A DNA stretch of 61,173 nucleotides, counting the filler, from Squatina squatina (Eukaryota): NCBI GenBank assembly GCA_031763465.1. It is 4 parts of 3 records of this genome, joined end to end, with 100 filler letters (N's around TTAATTAATTAA, not from the genome) between each part and the next. Parts side by side here need not be neighbours in the genome. Positions count along the whole stretch, not along the records: positions 45,931 to 61,173 come from JARFOE010000192.1; 3 more parts are not named here. One strand, written 5' to 3'. How positions within the stretch are numbered: position 1 is the stretch's first letter; every line of letters starts with the position of its first letter. A program made the translations under genes and the position numbers. The notes under the pieces were generated by a model. That model was not told the origin of the DNA and ran no database searches. It saw only the letters and a list, made by a program, of their open reading frames with translations. Shown in pieces: positions 60,595-61,173 of the stretch.

Positions 60595-60732
60595 CTTATC
60601 TGCTGCCTCATTGACAGCCAAAGCACAAGCAATCTCTGCGGCACCACCACCATATACAATGCGATTATCTTTCACAAGGTTGCGAATTACACACAATGCA
60701 TCATGAAGTGCTCTTTTTGCTTCTTCAATGAT
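60595..60732 (-). CDS. CCT5: CCT5 internal exon
   Basis: 138-nt AG/GT exon [46 protein letters not shown]. Confidence 0.97.
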
Positions 60733-61173
60733 CTGGAATAAAAATGCAATTGCTAATAAATCTACACAAATGCTAAACTTCATGCACATACATACACACA
60801 CTAGCAACACCAAAACCTTATTTACTTTGAATTAAACAATAATGATTCAAATCTTAAGATTTAAACACAATCAAGAAACCCAAAAAGGAATTGGGCAATA
60901 ACATACATTTGTTTATTCAGAGTCTATTCTACAGACAACAGATAATGACAAAACAGAACCATTTTTATATTGAGATATTTTTCAGTTATATAAACATAAC
61001 ATCCGATGTGCCACCGTTCAAGATTATTTGACCACAGAAGGGGTGTGTGTGGGGGGGGGCGCGGAGCGGAAAAAAAGATTTACCAGTTGTTTTAAAGCAA
61101 AATGTATTCACAAGTTTAAAAAAAAATATAATAGATGGTTCTAAAACTAAGTGTGTGAAATTGTTTCCTTAGG

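Overview
AT-rich vertebrate genomic DNA, most likely from a cartilaginous fish (inferred from the repeat families). The assembly is very fragmented: contigs of about 0.3-5.6 kb are joined mostly by fixed 100-N gaps. Three artificial N44-TTAATTAATTAA-N44 linkers split the window into four segments whose adjacency is not biological (1-15951, 16052-28297, 28398-45830, 45931-61173). Recognisable genes are partial and on the minus strand: three 3' exons of PSMD11, four internal exons of MLLT10 (AF10), and the last three exons of CCT5. There are also several unnamed exon candidates: a matrin/U1-like C2H2 zinc-finger exon, two micro-exons, and a plus-strand exon pair with in-frame TGA codons. The rest is repeats: two minisatellites (52-bp and 32-bp units), CR1, L2, RTE and a probable L1 fossil, DeuSINE-like and AmnSINE2-like SINEs, a PIF/Harbinger transposase remnant with MITEs, and Penelope-like terminal repeats with minimal hammerhead-ribozyme motifs. 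I see no convincing novel multi-gene system. The best leads are the hammerhead-bearing repeat and its tiny TSD-flanked insertions, the TGA-interrupted exon pair, and the unnamed zinc-finger gene. Repeat family names come from my recall of consensus sequences, not a database search.
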